Assembly: GCF_009914755.1 (NCBI RefSeq) | Contig: NC_060936.1 | Origin: the human T2T-CHM13v2.0 reference genome, Homo sapiens | DNA length: 64,000 bases | Direction: 5' to 3' (one strand) | Notes under the pieces: generated by a model | Database searches by the model: none | What the model saw: only the letters and a program-made list of their open reading frames with translations | Told to the model about the DNA's origin: nothing | Part shown: positions 38,138 to 51,779 of the stretch, one piece after another | How positions within the stretch are numbered: position 1 is the first letter of the stretch | Layout of the letters: the number at the start of each line of letters is the position of its first letter | Position numbers and translations under genes: made by a program

Positions 38138-38973
38138 TCAGCTGCCACATGATAACTTTCAATGGGCCCCTCATTTTACCTGCAAACTGAAAGGGGGGTA
38201 ACTCCGAGCTGCCCTCTAACCTTTTCCTTCCTTCCTCCACTCAATTTTCTTGCCCCAGGGAGATGCTCTGAGCCCTCTCGCACCTCAAACCCTGAAATCC
38301 ATTCTCCAGCCTGAACCCACAGGGCAGCTTTCTTCTCTCTGCCTCCCCGTCCAGATGTTTTCTGTAGATGACTTGGCGTCTGGCTGTGCCCTCCCAGCCC
38401 TCTGCCGCCCACACACTCCGTTTCGTGAAGGCTCTATTCTTCCTGATCCAGCTTCCTAATTTTTTTAATCGGAAATGTTCCAGGAGCTAAATTGGCAAAG
38501 ACCCTCCTTTATGGATGAAAGGGAAGGAAAACAGAAAGCTTTCACCTGTTCCTGAATCTTGCCGTGGTCAGTCACGGTAACACGTGTTGCCTGACAATCC
38601 TTTTGTGAAGGCGGAACAGCCATCGGGTTTTGGACCGCTGGCTGGCTGAGCGCATTCAGGCCGGTTAATTCACCAAAGCACAAAAAGCAAAGCCGGAGTT
38701 AAGAGATGCATGTTCCCATGACCAAGAAGCGGAGAAGTGGTATCAACGGGGCATTGTTAGAGCTATTTCAGCTGCAGATGTGTGGAAAGAAGTGAAATTT
38801 TTAAAAAAGCTGCATTTTAAGGTAAAGAAAATTAGCCACAGAGGAAACGTGATGCATGGTAAGTATGAATAACAGCATAAAGGCTGGGAATAAATGTATA
38901 ACCCATATACATGCTCTTGAAAGACTATTCAATGGTCTCTATCAGGGATTATTTGTTTGGTTGCAAAACCTAG

Positions 38974-39320
<347 letters not shown>

Positions 39321-39779
39321 TAAAAAAGGAATCAATTGTTTTGTTGTTGTTGTTGTTTGGAGATGGGATCTCACTGTGTTGCCCAGGCTGGTCTTGCCCC
39401 ATAATCAAAATGTTCCAGTGCGTCAGGTAAGAGTTGATCCAGCATCTCAAATGTTGCCACACTCTGCCTCACACAGCTGGGTCAAGTTCAGGCTGCAGAA
39501 GAGGCTGCGTCAGGTGACCGGTCAGGCACATAGCTACTTCCTTCCGATGCTTGGCTGTGTCCTGGCCAGTGGTGAGTTCAGAGTGGACCAACATCTCGTC
39601 AATTGGGCTTTATGATTTCGGGGCCTGGCCAATGTTGGTGTTTGCCTTTGTGATGACTGTGAGAAAAGACTTTGAAGCAAATCAATGGTGCAAAATATTG
39701 AAGGAGAAAATGTCCAACTTACTATTTAAATCCCATTAGCAGAGTCAACATTGCCATGCAAAGGGAGATTGCTAATTTA

Positions 39780-40138
<359 letters not shown>

Positions 40139-41119
40139 TAACCCACATCAGAGGAAACAGATGAGAGGACGCTAGAAATGGGGCTGGGAATCCCCAAAAA
40201 TCCCCAGGAGACCCCCCAGACAGGAAACTCCTGTGGATGTGAGATGCCCACTGGACATCGCAGAAGGGCATGGAGCGGGCAGGTGGGTGTGAGAGGCTCA
40301 AACCACAGGAGGCATCCAGGCCAGTGAGAGAATAGGCAGGAACAGGCATGGAAGCCACGAGGCCGGGTGAGATGCCGGGGGTGAGTGTGGACAGGGCAGT
40401 GAGAGGATAGGCATGGAGGCCATGAGACTGGATGAGATGTCAGGGGATGAGTGTGGATGGGGTATCCACAGAGGAGAGACAGAGGAGAGGCTGTGGGTAC
40501 CAGGTCCTGTGACCGGATGAGAAGCCAGGGGTGAGTGTGCATCAGGCAGAGGAGAGGCTGTGGGCACTGCGTCCCAAGGCACCCCCTCAGGAGGCGGAGG
40601 GAGGAGAGAGAACCAACAGCAACCAGCCCCATAGCAGGAGGACAGTGAGAAGGAGGGGATGGGGGGTGCCTGGAAGTCGAGGGAAGACACCGATTCCAGG
40701 GGAAGGACTGGACGGGTCGGCGTGGAATTAGGACACCCGGCCACTGCGACAGGCTCAGGAACAAGCACAGACCTCAGAGGCTGGCTGACATCATTCCTCC
40801 TTCGGATCATGGCCTGGGAAGCCCCATGGCATCTCCACTGAGACAGTCACACAGTCAGGCTCCAGGGAGGGGAACAGACTCCACCTCTCAATGGGCAACA
40901 GTCAGTTCTGGAAGAGCAGGAGGTCCTGGAAACACCTGGGGAAATGCGAGCAGCAGCAGGATGCTGGACGGCTCAGCCTGGCTGGCCCAGGGTTCAGACC
41001 CTCCCACTCCATGACCAGGGGCGGCAGCTCCCCCTGCAGACGGGTATCCTTGCCGGGGCCTGACCTGCCAGTCCACACTCTAGGAGCTGCCACTGGCAAC
41101 TGTTCCACCCCACACCAAT

Positions 41120-42045
41120 GTGTGTCAGGGTCTTTCTGATGCAAGTTATGGAAACCAACTCACAGAAAACAAGGGGATGAAGGACTTTTAAACACAGGCA
41201 TCCGGGCGCCTCAGATTTCACAGAGGGCTCAGATAACATCATCAGAGCACAGTCATCTCCGCCTCTCTCTCTCTCTGCCCCTTTCCATCTGTTTCTGCCT
41301 CTCTTTCTCTTCTGTTTCTCTGTCCCTGTCTCTTTATCTCTATCTCTGTCTCTGTCTCTCTCTCTTTGCCTCTCTCCATCTGCTTCTCTCTCTCTCCGTC
41401 TCTCTCTCTTCTCTGTTTCTCTGTCCCTGTGTCTTTCTCTCTTTATCTCTATCTCTGTCTCAGCCTCTCTTTGCCTCTCTCCATCTGCTTCTGTCTCTCT
41501 GTGTCTCTCTCCCTCTGTCTAACTCTGTCTTTGTTTCTCTGTCCCTGTCTTTCTGTGTATCTCTCTGTCTCTTAATCTCTATCTCTGTCTCTGCCTCTCT
41601 CTCTCTGCCTCTCTCCATCTGTTTCTGTCTCTCTGTGTGTGTCTCTCCCTGTCTCTCTATCTCTGTCTCTCTCCTGTTTCTCTGTCCCCGTCTCTCTCTC
41701 TGTTTCTCTATCTCTATCTTCGTCTCCGCCTCTCTCTCTCTCTCTCTCCATCTGCTTCTGTCTCTCTGTGTCTCTCTCCCTCTGTCTCTCTGTCTCTCTC
41801 TTCTGTTTCTCTGTCCCTGTCTCTCTCTGTCTATCTCCATCTCCATCTCTCTCTCCCTCCTGCCGACCCAGCCCTGTCGGCCTCAGGCTGCTCCACTCCC
41901 TCTGGGACCCCAGGGGCCTCTGCACCACCTGCAGGTGCAGACTCTCCCCTCCTGCTCCTGCGAACCCCGCCAAAATCCCAGGCCTGGCTTTCATTGGGCT
42001 AGCTTGGATCACGTGCTCATCACTGAGCCAATCACGGTGTCCAGG
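41120..42045 (-). mobile_element. Ancient MaLR LTR (MLT1K/L-like) split by a CT-rich tract
   Basis: tgtgtcagggtctttctgatgcaagt...aaaccaactca at left and tcattgggctagcttggatcacgtgctcatcactgagccaatcac at right. Confidence 0.55.
41258..41860. repeat. (CT/CTGT)n polypyrimidine low-complexity tract
   Basis: About 600 bp, almost all C/T, with recurring ctgtttctctgtccctgtc. Confidence 0.95.
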
Positions 42046-42300
42046 CGACCCAGAGCCGAGACGGGAGCCAATCAGCAGCGCTGGGTGTTACACTGGGCAG
42101 GGCCTGGGTGGCCACGCCCCTCCCCTGAACAAGGCGGACCAGGGCAGGGAGCAGCGGCCCCGGGAGGGCGGGGCGGACGGGGTCCGCGGAGGGAGAGGGG
42201 CAGGGGGTGCGGCGGCTGCAGGCGGAGCAGGGGCTGGGCCTCCCGTGGGACCGGAAGGATTGTGCGGTGCCCAGGACAGGGCGGGACTTTCACAAAGGGC
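42005..42300. promoter_or_regulatory. Candidate CpG-rich promoter/enhancer element
   Basis: CACGTG 42010, CCAAT 42028 and 42068, GCCACGCCCC 42111, GGGCGGGGCGG 42166, CCGGAAG 42251, GGGACTTTCA 42283. Motif evidence only. Confidence 0.4.
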
Positions 42301-42321
42301 GACAGGAAGAGTGAATTACCG

Positions 42322-42410
42322 GGCCCCAGCTCTGCCACTGTGCTGTGTGGCCTCGGGCAGATCACTCAACCTCTCTGTGCCTGGTTCCCCGCCTGTGAAG
42401 TGGGGCCAGC
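42322..42410 (+). mobile_element. MIR fragment
   Basis: cccagctctgccact...gctgtgtggcctcgggcagatcactcaacctctctgtgcct...ctgtgaagtgggg. Confidence 0.75.
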
Positions 42411-43570
42411 AAGCGGGTGCTGTGGGGTTCACCCTGATGTGTGCGTGACTCAGAAGGGCGGCTGCACCTCTAAGTTACTGTCACAGCAGAGACCTCCCCT
42501 GGGCGAGGCAACTGGATCCACAGAGAGAACATGGGCTGCCCTCCAGAAAGCACCTCCTGCCCGCGGGGCACGCGGAAAAGGCCCAGCAGTTTCCCTTCCC
42601 AGGGCGGGAGCTACGCATCCAGGACCCAGCTGCAGACCCACAAGGGCCTGGGCTGCGGGATCCCCAGGCCAGTGACCTCCACCCTCGCCTAATTGTCCCA
42701 GCTGCGTCTCCTTCACGCCTAGTTAGATTTTGTTGTAAAGAGATAAAAGGCTGTTACTTTGTATCAGCAAGGCGTCTTTTTCTGCAGGACTGAGTTCACG
42801 AAAGGGGAAGGCGGTGGGCGGGGGAGTAGAAGGAAGCGGGGGCCGTTAATAGACTTTGGAATAAAATCCTGACAGACTCAAATTGATTCTGCAGCCTGAG
42901 AAAAATGGAGTGCAGAGGAAATGAGATTTATGCGCTGTTAACTCTGCAACTGCCTCTCAGTGTCTGCACCAAAGGCTGTTAAAATGGTGATCTTTAGTCA
43001 CGTATGGAAACTGTGTGTGAAGAGACGGATGAACCGTCCAGGAGCAGGCTCCTTCCACGCCGTGTCTTATACACAGTGATATTATTATCAATGACATAAT
43101 GCATTATGGGTGTAATTTAATCCGAGCATCTAAAGGTACACGCAAACCAAAGGTTCCTGGCACATGTTCCACGCCTGTGATTACCAGAGAACTCTGGGGG
43201 CTGTGAAGACAGTGGCGGGCCCATCAGTCACTGGCGCCTAGTGGGCTGTGGGGGTCTCACCTCTCCCAGCTTGGGGTGGGGAGGGCTGGACCCACTTTTA
43301 CTCACACGCCAGCCCCGATCCAGGACACTGCTCAGGAGACCAGGCCCTCCCTCGGGGACAGGGCCCTGGGGGATCGTCAACTCCTTCCACAGCAGGGCAG
43401 AGCTGTGCCCACCCTGCCACGACCAGCTCCTCCACAGATGCCTCCTGTGGTGTTTCTTGTCATTGCTTCTGGGGCACCTAGGAGTAAGGTGTTCTGGACA
43501 TCGCTGAGAAACAGCCCTGGGCCCCACTCCCCTCATTGGAGAGGCAGAGCCCTATTCATGCTTGAGGGAG

Positions 43571-45440
43571 TGTATCAGTCAGGCTGGGCTTGGCTGGGCT
43601 GTGTAACAAACAGCCCCACACCACAGCAGCTGAGCACTTCACAGATGCATGTCTTTCTCACATGTGTGTCCAGCGTGGGCCAGCAGGTGCCTTTGCTCTT
43701 TGTCATCACTGGGGGACAGGGACCCAGGTGTCAACACACATCCACAATCCCCAAAGCAGGAAGCATCATGAACTCGTGTTTAAAGGCTAGAATTTCATTG
43801 GCCAAAGCAGGTCACATGGCCGGGCCTAACTTGGAGAGAGAGGGAAAGCATAATCCTAAATGCGTCTGGAAAAGGAGGCCAAAATATTAGTGGGCGGCGC
43901 CACTGACTTCCACGTCTGCCTTCTGGACTAATCGACTGTGTTCACTCCCCGTCATGGCTCCCCAGGTGAGACGACCCCAAATCACAGCCATATCGGGTCT
44001 GGGTGACCCCAGACACCTCTTCACCGGAGACTCACAGACTGAAGAGATTGGTCATTGCCTCCCTCATGCTCGGTGCACAGTGGGTGGCAGGGAATGGACA
44101 TGATGGCCCCAGCAGCAGGGAGAGAGAGAAGGGAGATGGCAGCAGTCGCTGGTCCACAGAGGACCTGAAACCCCCGGGAAGGCCCCTGAGCACCCACCCT
44201 GGTGCTGGTCCACGCTCCCTCACTCAGTCCAGATTCAGTTCCTACCTGAAGGTCACCTCCCTTTCTGCCATCCTCCGAGGCCCCTGGCTCTGCCCTCCGA
44301 GAGGTTTCTGATTCCTCCATGACCCTTCTCGGCCAGTACGAGGTGGGTACCCAGGACACGCCTTCCTTGGGGCCGGTGAGTCTTCGCCGCCCACCTCCTG
44401 GTCGCAGGAGTTAGTGGTGGTTTGCATTAACGCACACGTTTCTCTTGTAGACTGAGTGGGTGCCATCCTGTCATCGCGACTCTCTCGAGACCCCAGGAGC
44501 TTTCTCATCTCTGGCTTCAGCCAGCTCCACATGCAGCAGCCACCCCTGCAGCTCCTCCGCCATCGACCTTCCCAGGGCCACAAAGCCTTCCGCCCATGCC
44601 GATGGCTCAGCTGAGTTTCAGGGACGTCATCCTCCTCTCCCTACCTGGTCACTTTCCCCTGCGCCGTTTTGTCCAAGTGAAAATCACCATGCCCACATGG
44701 CACCTTCACCATGAGACGCCTCGATGCACGGGAGATGAACAAGGCTGTGACGCCGTGCCCTGCTTGAGACTTTTGTCAGTGCACTTTCTTGATCACTTGG
44801 AGTCTACAGTCAGCCGGCTCTTCCAGCTTTCTGGGAGTGTCATATTTTGAAATCTCCTTGTTCACTTTCACGCCTGCTGGCAGGATGGACAATTCCTGTC
44901 TGGGTCTGGCTCCTCAAAAGATCTCACTGGCATGTCTGCCGACGTGCGATTTTCCAGCCTTTCCCTAGAGCTGCGGTTTCGTCAGGTTCATGGTCCAACT
45001 TCCAAGTTGCCGAGTCCAGTCTGACCGAGTGTTCCACACCGAGTGTGCTCCGGCCTCCGCCCCGCCTTCTCTCTGTCCTCCACGTGAGCAGGACACGTGC
45101 TCCAGGTGCCCTGTGGCTGCGGCAGCACCTCATTTCTTGGAGCTGGTTTCTGCGCTGTCAGGATTGCTTGGTTCTGCTGCTCTAACAAACAGTCCCCAGA
45201 CTCAGTGCCTTCAATGGCGAAGGCGTATCTCTCACTCAGGCAACTGCTCTCACACGTCCTCAGGGGACCTGCTGTTTGTCCTCACTCAGGGATGCAGGTG
45301 GAGGAATGATCCGTTTGACACACCTTTCTGCGAGGACTCAGTTGGCCAGAGGAGGAGATGTGGCGAAACGCGCTGGGCGGGGGAGGCCTCTGCCGGGGTG
45401 GACCGGGGCACCTGCTCACATTCCCGCAGCAACGCAGGCT
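43571..45440 (-). mobile_element. Probable near-complete MaLR (MLT1J/K-like): LTR ~43571-43912, internal ~1.25 kb, LTR ~45156-45440
   Basis: Two same-orientation LTR-like starts (gtcagg...ctg...taacaaacag(c/t)ccc); the intervening sequence resembles recalled MLT1-int. Confidence 0.5.
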
Positions 45441-45474
45441 CAGGCTCACGCTTGGATTTGCCCTCCACTCCTGC

Positions 45475-46255
45475 GGTTTACTCCTTGAACAAATGTTTGC
45501 TGAGACTCCACCGTGTGTCAGACACTGCTCTAGGCCCTGGGGGTGCTGCAGGGGAGAGAGAAGACACAGGAGAACCCTGCTTTTGTGGAGTGTGCGTCCC
45601 AGTGGCAGCGGGGGTAGGTCGACAGCTGGAAGGGCCCGATGCTGATGAATCCTGCAGAGACAAATAAGCAGGAGCGGCAGGGACACGGGAGGAATCTGAG
45701 GCTAAGCAGAGAGATCAGGGAGGGGCTCACTGAGAAGCTGATGTTGGAAGGCGTGAGGGAGCAGCATCTCAGGCAGAGGGAACCTCCTGTGCAAACACAG
45801 TGGGAATGTTCAGGAAACTGCCCCATGTGGCTCAAGGCCAGGAAGCAAGGAAAGAGCAGGCGGTGGCCAGGGGGTGACGAACGGGGCGGGGCCTGGGGCG
45901 GGTGGCCGGGGGGTGACGAACGGAGCAGGGCCTGGGGCGGGTGGCCGGTGGGGGGGTGATGAACGGGGCGGGGCCTGGGGTGGGTGGCGGGGGGGGGGTG
46001 ACGAACGGGGCGGGGCCTGGGGCTGGTGGCCGGGGGGTGATGAATGGTTCAAGGCCTGTTGGGGGGGTGATGAACAGGGCAGGCCTGGGGAGCAGGCAGT
46101 GGCCAGGGGGTGACGAACAGTGCAGGGCCTGGGGTGGGTGGCTGGGAGGTGACAAATGGGGCAGGGCCTGGGGCTGTTGAGACACTAGGAGCCATGAGCA
46201 GGGAAGTGCTGTGAGCTGATCTGGTCTTGACATAATCATGCTGGCTGGGAGGAGA
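45475..46255 (-). mobile_element. L2 3' fragment interrupted by a VNTR
   Basis: aacaaatgtttgctgag...tgtgtcagacactgctctaggccctgggg, then gatcagggaggggctcactgagaag and aggcagagggaac...tgtgcaaa; resumes after the VNTR with ggagccatg...tgatctg. Confidence 0.7.
45862..46174. repeat. ~38-42-bp G-rich minisatellite (ggggtgacgaacggggcggggcctggggcgggtggcc), about 8 copies
   Basis: Direct tandem units; GGGGCGGGGC at 45883, 45965 and 46007. Confidence 0.92.
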
Positions 46256-46269
46256 GGGCGGGGTGAGCC

Positions 46270-46795
46270 TGCGGCATCTACTGACTCCAGCATCACAAAG
46301 GGTCCCACACTTGGCAGCTGAAAACAGCACACACTTATCAGCTCCCATTTTCCTTAGATCAAGGATCAGGTATGGCTTGGCTGGATCCGCAGGCTCAGGG
46401 TCTCACAGGCTGCAATCCGGACTCAGCTGGGCAGGGGTCTCATCTCCCATGGGGAAGAAATGGCTCCGAGCTCAGGCATGTAGTTCTGGGCGGGATTCAG
46501 TTCTTCAGGGCCTCAGCTCCTCACTGGCGTTTAGCTGGAAGCCGCCCTCAGTCTCTTGCCCCATGGCAGCTCTCGGCACAGCCATTGGTTTCACCAGACC
46601 GTGGGAGAGGGTGAGAGGGATGAGCAAGATAGACCAGGGTCTTTCCGCGACCAGATTTGGAAGTGACACCCCATTGCTTTTGCCATTTTCTATTCATTTG
46701 AGATAAACCACAGGTCCCGCACATGCTCAAGGGAGGGAGCGCACAAGGACTGAGCACCAGCAGGGGCACCACGGGCCGTGTGAGGCTGCCCCATA
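46270..46795 (-). mobile_element. MaLR LTR (MLT1E/F-like)
   Basis: ggctcagggtctcacaggctgcaatc, ggattcagttcttc and ggaagtgacaccccattgcttttgccattttctattcatt...ctcaagggaggg. Confidence 0.7.
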
Positions 46796-48522
46796 GAGGG
46801 CGAGAGCAGCAGCTGCTGGCTACTGCACCAGTCCAGGCCGGAGACAGCAGTGTCTCGGACCAGGTGGCCGGGGTGGAGGCCGTGAGAAGCCATCGGATGC
46901 TGGGTACTTGCAGACAACAGGATCTGCTTCAGGCTGGGAGGAGAAGAGCCGCGCCTTGGCCTTCACCTGAAGGGGGCTGCCGTCACCTGAGATGGGGCAG
47001 CCGTGACCCATGACCTGAGATGGGGCAGCCCAGCTCCACTCTAGACAGGGTCCCTCCCGTGCCCTGGGACCTTCCTCCCAGTAGAAGGTGAGGAGAGCGT
47101 GGTGGGAAACGCAGAAGGCTTGTGAGCAGCGGGCAGGGCAGACAGTCCTCACGGGGAGACACCCCACGCCCAGCTCCAGCCACCCACCCGGGGCACAGCG
47201 GCCTGCCTGTTGTCACTACCAAGCTCGCCACCACATGAAGGGGCTGCCCCTGCTGGGAAGCCCTGCCAGCCCCAGAACCACCAACCCTCCCATTAATCCG
47301 CTTTAAACCCACGACGAGGTGGGGGCCCGTAAGCAGCTTTTCAGGTGAGAGACAATGTCCCCACGCAGCGCGTTGCCCAGGAGACCGCAGGGCTGAGCTG
47401 CAGGCTGAAGTCGGCCCGCTGTGTTTACGCTTCCGTATGTGTTCACCCTGCTCCACCCCAGGCCCAGGAGGGATTCAGAGGCTGAATTCCTGAGAGCACA
47501 AGAGCACAAAGAAAAACTCATGTGGGCAAACGCAGACAGGGAATTCGCTGTCAGTCCCAGTTTCCCCACGTACCTTTCGGCTCAAAATACTCCCTGATCT
47601 GCTCATCCCAACAGGTCCCAGAAGGGAGCAGAGCCAACAGCCAGCCTGGGAAGGCGCCAACTCAGACAGAAACTGATCCAAGCCCTCGTCTCTGTTCTCG
47701 CAGACGGCCTGGGAAAGGAAACCTGTCCGAAACCTGCCTGCGAGTCCCATCTGACAGCTGCCAACGGCAGCCACCCTCCTCCCTCCCTGACCACACGGCC
47801 TCTTCCCGACGGTGACGCTCAAGCTCCTACCCCACGCCCTGTGACTTGCCGACTTGCCCACCTCCCCACCTCCCGCCCACTTCCCCATTTTCACACATGA
47901 GGGTTCTCCCATCCTCAGGCCTCAGCTCAGATGTCCTTTCCATGGGGCCTGTGGGAAGCAGCCACCTGCGGCCACTCTCCCTCTCCCAGGGCACTGGTCA
48001 CTTCCTGAAACCCGCTCCTGGCCCTCGCCCGTCTCCCTCCCCAGGCTGGAAGTTCCCAGGTCCCAGGCCTTGAATTTCCCCAACAGCCCCTGTGGCCCTG
48101 CCCACAACAGGAAACCGCGGGAAGGCAGCAGAGCCCAGGGTGCTCCTGTGGGATGCCTGCCTGACAGCGGGGCTCAGGCAGGGACCCTGATGGGCTGCAG
48201 CCCCTCAGCAGCCTGCGTCCTCTGGGCCTGGGGGAGCCACTGGTGTCAGGAGCCTGCGGGTGGACTCTGGACAGGAACCTGGAATTCCCTAGTTCCTGGG
48301 AGGCAGCCACCAGATGACAGCGTAGGCACGTCCTTGCCCGCCCCCTCCAGCACAGCCCCCAACCCCGAGAGGACTGGGCAGATGGCCAAGAAGGGGAAGG
48401 TGCCCTCCCCCATCCTGAGCAGGCGGCCATGAGGCCTTGGCAGACCTCCCACCCTGGAACTGGGCCGCTGGAGCCTGGGGTAAGACATGTGGAAGGGCCT
48501 CGGCTCCTCGTGCCTGGCACTC

Positions 48523-48704
48523 AACACACCTGAGCACACCTGCAGACACCTAGGCACATCGGCACACACCTGGGCACACCTGCACACACCTGGGAACCTC
48601 TGCGCACACCTGAGCACACCTGCACACACTGGAGCACACCTGCACACACATGGGCATACCTGCACACACTGGAACACACCTATGCACACCTGCACACACC
48701 TGCA
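48523..48704. repeat. ~10-11-bp minisatellite (gcacacacctg)n
   Basis: Tandem cacacctg units. Confidence 0.9.
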
Positions 48705-48714
48705 ACGCTCATCG

Positions 48715-48872
48715 TCCCTATGTGACCTGGAGCAAGTTATCTAACCTCTTGGTGCCTGAGCTTCCTTATCTGTAAGGTGATAGTGATGATGCCCCCCCCC
48801 CAGAGAGCTGTCATGAGAATGAAATGAGGTGACGCCCTTACAGGTGTGTAAGGGCGATACCTGGCACACTGT
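48715..48872 (+). mobile_element. MIR
   Basis: tgtgacctggagcaagttatctaacctct...cttccttatctgtaa...tgagaatgaaatgag...cctggcaca. Confidence 0.8.
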
Positions 48873-49194
48873 GGGGCCATCTGAGGGTTGCTCATCATCC
48901 CCCATCCCGGGAGCTTGCCACCGTGCCCGGGTGTGCAGCCCACAGACAGCTGCAGCTGCCATGGTCACATGAGATCACAGAGAGGCAGGTCTGGGAAGGG
49001 GCTGCCAGCCCTGGTCTGGTGAGCGGCAGGTGGAGCGCCAGCTGCAACGCGGTGGGGAGCAGTGAGGGGCGTGGCACAGCAGGCAGGAGCCCGCGGGGCG
49101 AGGCGGCGGCCCGCAGACAGCTGCAGCTACTTCCTGACTCGCAGGGTGTGGACTCAGCCTTGCTCCACCTTCTGTTCTTTTAAAGAAAAGCTGG

Positions 49195-49541
<347 letters not shown>

Positions 49542-50654
49542 TTAGAAACACCGTGCTGTTCAGATTTGCAACATACCTGCCGTTGGCCACGGCCCAAGAG
49601 CCCAGGGGTGACGTCGACCTCAGCACTGAGGTGGGCTCTAGAGTGCACACCTGCGCTGCACGTTCTGTGAGTGTGCACCCGCCTCCCGGCAGGCCTGGGC
49701 TCCTCCCACAGGTCAGAGGCTGCAAACGACAGGATCTGCCTGAGATGGGGCTGCCGTGAGAAAGATGTCTTCTCTCTTGGATTTAGGGTCCACCGAGAGA
49801 GATGGAGAGGAAATATCATTCCCCGGCCTAACCATATGAGGACTGCAGTGACGGCCCCCGCCAGCACCTGCCCCTCCTGCGGGCCTGGCTCCCCGGCAGG
49901 CGCTCCCCAGATGCGGCTTGGTCCGTGCTGAGGATCCAGAGACCTAGGTCCAGAGGCTCAAGTTTCCAGGTTTGGAACTGGCGTCTACTAATATGGTAGA
50001 TTGTGCCAAAAATGCACACATGGCCGAAACAATATTTTCAGTCCTGCGTGTTCTTCCAGACCTTTGCCTTCCCCCTCAACCCCCCCGTGGAGAGGAGCCC
50101 CGCTCCCCGCTGCCTGAATGCACGGCCTTCATGGCGGGCTGGGGAGGAGCACAGGGCAGAAGGCTGCAGCCGGCCCACTTGGCCTGCTCCGGGCTCTGGG
50201 CTCTGGGCTGGGGGCTCTGGGCTCTTACTCATGGAACCAGCTGCCAGGCTGTGTGGGAGCCCAGACCACACAGAGGAGCCCCTGCAGGTGTCTGGTCACA
50301 GCCTGGCCAGGGCTCAGCCGACAGCCACCACGACCCACCAGGTGCCTGAGCGTTGGGCGAACTCGGCCCCCAGCGTGTGGGCAGCCCCAGCTCCTGCCAA
50401 GTGTAGCAGAAACAAGCCGTTCGCAGCAAACCTGCCCGAGCTGTGGATTCAGGATAAAAATCATCCCTGGTGTTGCTGCAGGTCACAAAGTGTGGGGGTG
50501 GTTTCTGGGCAGCAGCTGGCGACGGGGGCAAGTGCCCAGCACCCAGTGACCCTGTGCAGCTCAGCCTCCTACTGGAACTTTCACGCCTGTAAACTGGGGA
50601 CCATCAGGGGCCCCTCTCTTAGGAGCGTTGGAGGGTTCCGTGAGTATGTACATA

Positions 50655-51015
50655 CGTGGTACTGGGTAGAATGGTGTCCACCCAGAACCTCAGGCTGCGG
50701 CCTCATCTGGAAACAGGGCCTTTGCAGGTGGAGTTGGTTAAGATGAGGCCCAGCTGATGAGGGTAGACCCTAAATCCAAACACAGGCATCCTTATAAGAA
50801 GAGAAAACAGAGACATGGAGGAGACGCAAGGGAAGGAGGCAGAGACTGCAGCGCTGCAGCCACAGCCAGCACCTGGGTGCCAGCAGAGGCCACACCGGGT
50901 GGCAGGATCCTCCCCTGGAGCCTCGGCCCCACGATGCCTGACTCCAGACTCCTGGCCCCAGGCTGGGAGCACGCGTTCCGCTGCGTTTCGTCACTAGCGT
51001 GCAGCAGAGGCCTGT
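50655..51015 (+). mobile_element. MaLR LTR (MLT1B/C-like)
   Basis: cccagaacctcag...tggaaacagggcctttgcag...ttaagatgagg...ccctaaatccaa...tccttataagaagag...ggaggcagagact. Confidence 0.8.
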
Positions 51016-51779
51016 GAGCATTGGCCGCTGCCTGTCCCGTTCCCTCAAGAACTTGCTACTCTAGATTCTCAGAGGGATGGAAAAGTTAATTTTTAAATTA
51101 CACCTAAAGAAAATCCTCCTGCTGCAGGCCCGCTACCTCCTAACGAGACTCCTGGGTTGGAATCTTCTAGAAAGCACGTTCTGTGCTCAGTAGAGATGGT
51201 AGTTTCTCATGGGTTTTCCTAAAATTAGGGGCATCAGAGGGGGTGGGACGTGGGGCCCCTGACCAGCCCTGAGCACACACAGCCACAGCTGGTTTCTCCA
51301 AGATGCCCAGCACAGAGGCCCAAAGACAGAAGGCCAACCACAGGGCACAGCTGTCCTGGAGGCCCCCGGCGGCTCCGCAGCCCTCCCTGCCTGCTGCTGG
51401 AGGCCCCTAGCAGCTCCCTGGCCCTCCCAGAGCTGTCCTGGAAGCCCCTGGCAGCTCCGTAGCCCTCCTGGCCTGCTGCTGGGCTGCTGAGGGACCTCAG
51501 CATTGGCTGCATTTCCAAAACCAGCAGCTCAGAGGCCCTGCAGGAGACGCTGCCAAGTGGGGCCCCGAGAAGGACTGGGCTGCAGCTGTTTGGAGCCTTT
51601 CTTCCAGTGCACCACCTCCGCATCTTCCCTCCACCCCCGCCCCTGCCGTGGGGAGCCCTGCCGACGGCGTTTAACTGACTGTGTAAGGCTGGGCCTCTTG
51701 CCCTCCCACTCCTGTCCAGAACAGTGAGGACCTGTTCCATCCATCAGAAAGGCCTCCGCAGAAGCCGCGAGCCGTGCCT

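Noticed and set aside
41635-42675. 346-aa ORF
   Set aside because: Starts in a CT repeat at a non-ATG codon, crosses LTR and MIR remnants, and has no recognisable domain.
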